Source: Gnetum montanum (lineage: Eukaryota; Plantae; Gnetophyta). From it: a stretch of 64,000 bases of DNA. The notes under the pieces are model-generated. The model searched no databases, was not told where the DNA came from, and saw only the letters and a program-made list of their open reading frames with translations. Every line of letters begins with the position of its first letter. Positions within the stretch are counted from its first letter, which is position 1. Below are positions 63,261 to 64,000 of the stretch, one piece after another. The DNA is taken from contig MNCI01003070.1 of the NCBI GenBank assembly GCA_015680685.1, forward strand, positions 245,930-309,929, written 5' to 3'. A program made the translations under genes and the position numbers.

Positions 63261-64000
63261 TGATGAGTGGCAAGGTCCCCCTACACTCAACCATACGAAA
63301 CGAGCGTAGCACGCGCGATCCGGTCGAACTTCGCAGACTAAATGTCTAAACGCCACAAGGAACACTTGGGGTTAATCGTTCGTTGTCTTCCCAGACTTAC
63401 TTGTTGTTGTCACAGTGTATGGTTAAGTAAGTCCGAGGTATATGATTTTTTTGGTATTTTCAAGTTTATCTCCTATGCTAAACGGTGAAGGGTTGAGAAA
63501 CTAAGACTAACTCTAACTACAGCACTAAGTCCTAGCGTCAGCATTCGTTCCCACTTTCCGTACACACCTTGAACTGTGCAACTATGGCTACCAAACACTA
63601 ATCGTTACTGGGAAAACCACACGTAACGCACGTGCTCGAAGAGGTCGTACTGAGGCACCTAACTAACCTAAGTGTGACAAGCAACCGATTCCTTGACTAG
63701 CCGTACACATTCGTAGATGCTCGTAATCAAGTCGTACTTGTCCCACGTTCTAGGAGGAAAGGGTGAGAGAATCTACTCGCGATGAGTAGCCGATTCCTTG
63801 GCTAGCCGTACACGTTCGTCAGCGCTCATAACCAAATCATACTCATGCCGTGTTACTAGGAAAGAAGTAAATAACATTAATTAAACCTATTCATGCACTA
63901 CAAGGTTTATCCACAAAGCTCGTCTTTATTACCGTACACAACTTGCGTTCATGTACAAAGCTGCTCGAATAAAGAACCGTTCACTTGGGGGACTCCTACT
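63261..64000. mobile_element. Athila-family LTR inserted in the Copia element; continues beyond the window
   Basis: Starts TGATGAG; shares ACAAGGTTTAT..AAAGCTCGTCTTTATT with the A and D LTRs; retains many CpGs. Confidence 0.8.

Overview
Plant nuclear DNA, most likely from a large, heavily methylated genome; a fern or lycophyte is plausible but cannot be proven from the sequence. About 90% is a nest of decayed LTR retrotransposons. Athila-like element A (minus strand, <1-50261) is interrupted by (i) a 2.9-kb TG..CA unit carrying a processed fragment of condensin CAP-D2 and (ii) full-length Tat element B (8564-46390, minus, TSD AGTTG). B in turn contains full-length Tat element C (16860-35428, plus, TSD ACATG/ACGTG). 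Further Athila pieces (E, D), the 3' end of an L-gulonolactone-oxidase (GulLO) pseudogene and a LINE fragment follow. Then comes exon 1 of an apparently intact GulLO-like gene (59489-60163), whose intron holds a tRNA-B-box tandem repeat, a Copia 3' end and a younger Athila LTR. The main discovery: both Tat elements, although diverged, split gag-protease from RT-RH-aRH-INT with a ~5.6-6.6 kb spacer. That spacer encodes a homologous ANTISENSE gene of at least 6 exons (FCP1/NIF-like HAD phosphatase domain + plant-transposon-protein-like domain + coiled coil) with conserved splice sites and exon sizes, while pol begins at its own conserved AUG. All alignments, translations and exon boundaries were made by eye; no database searches were run.
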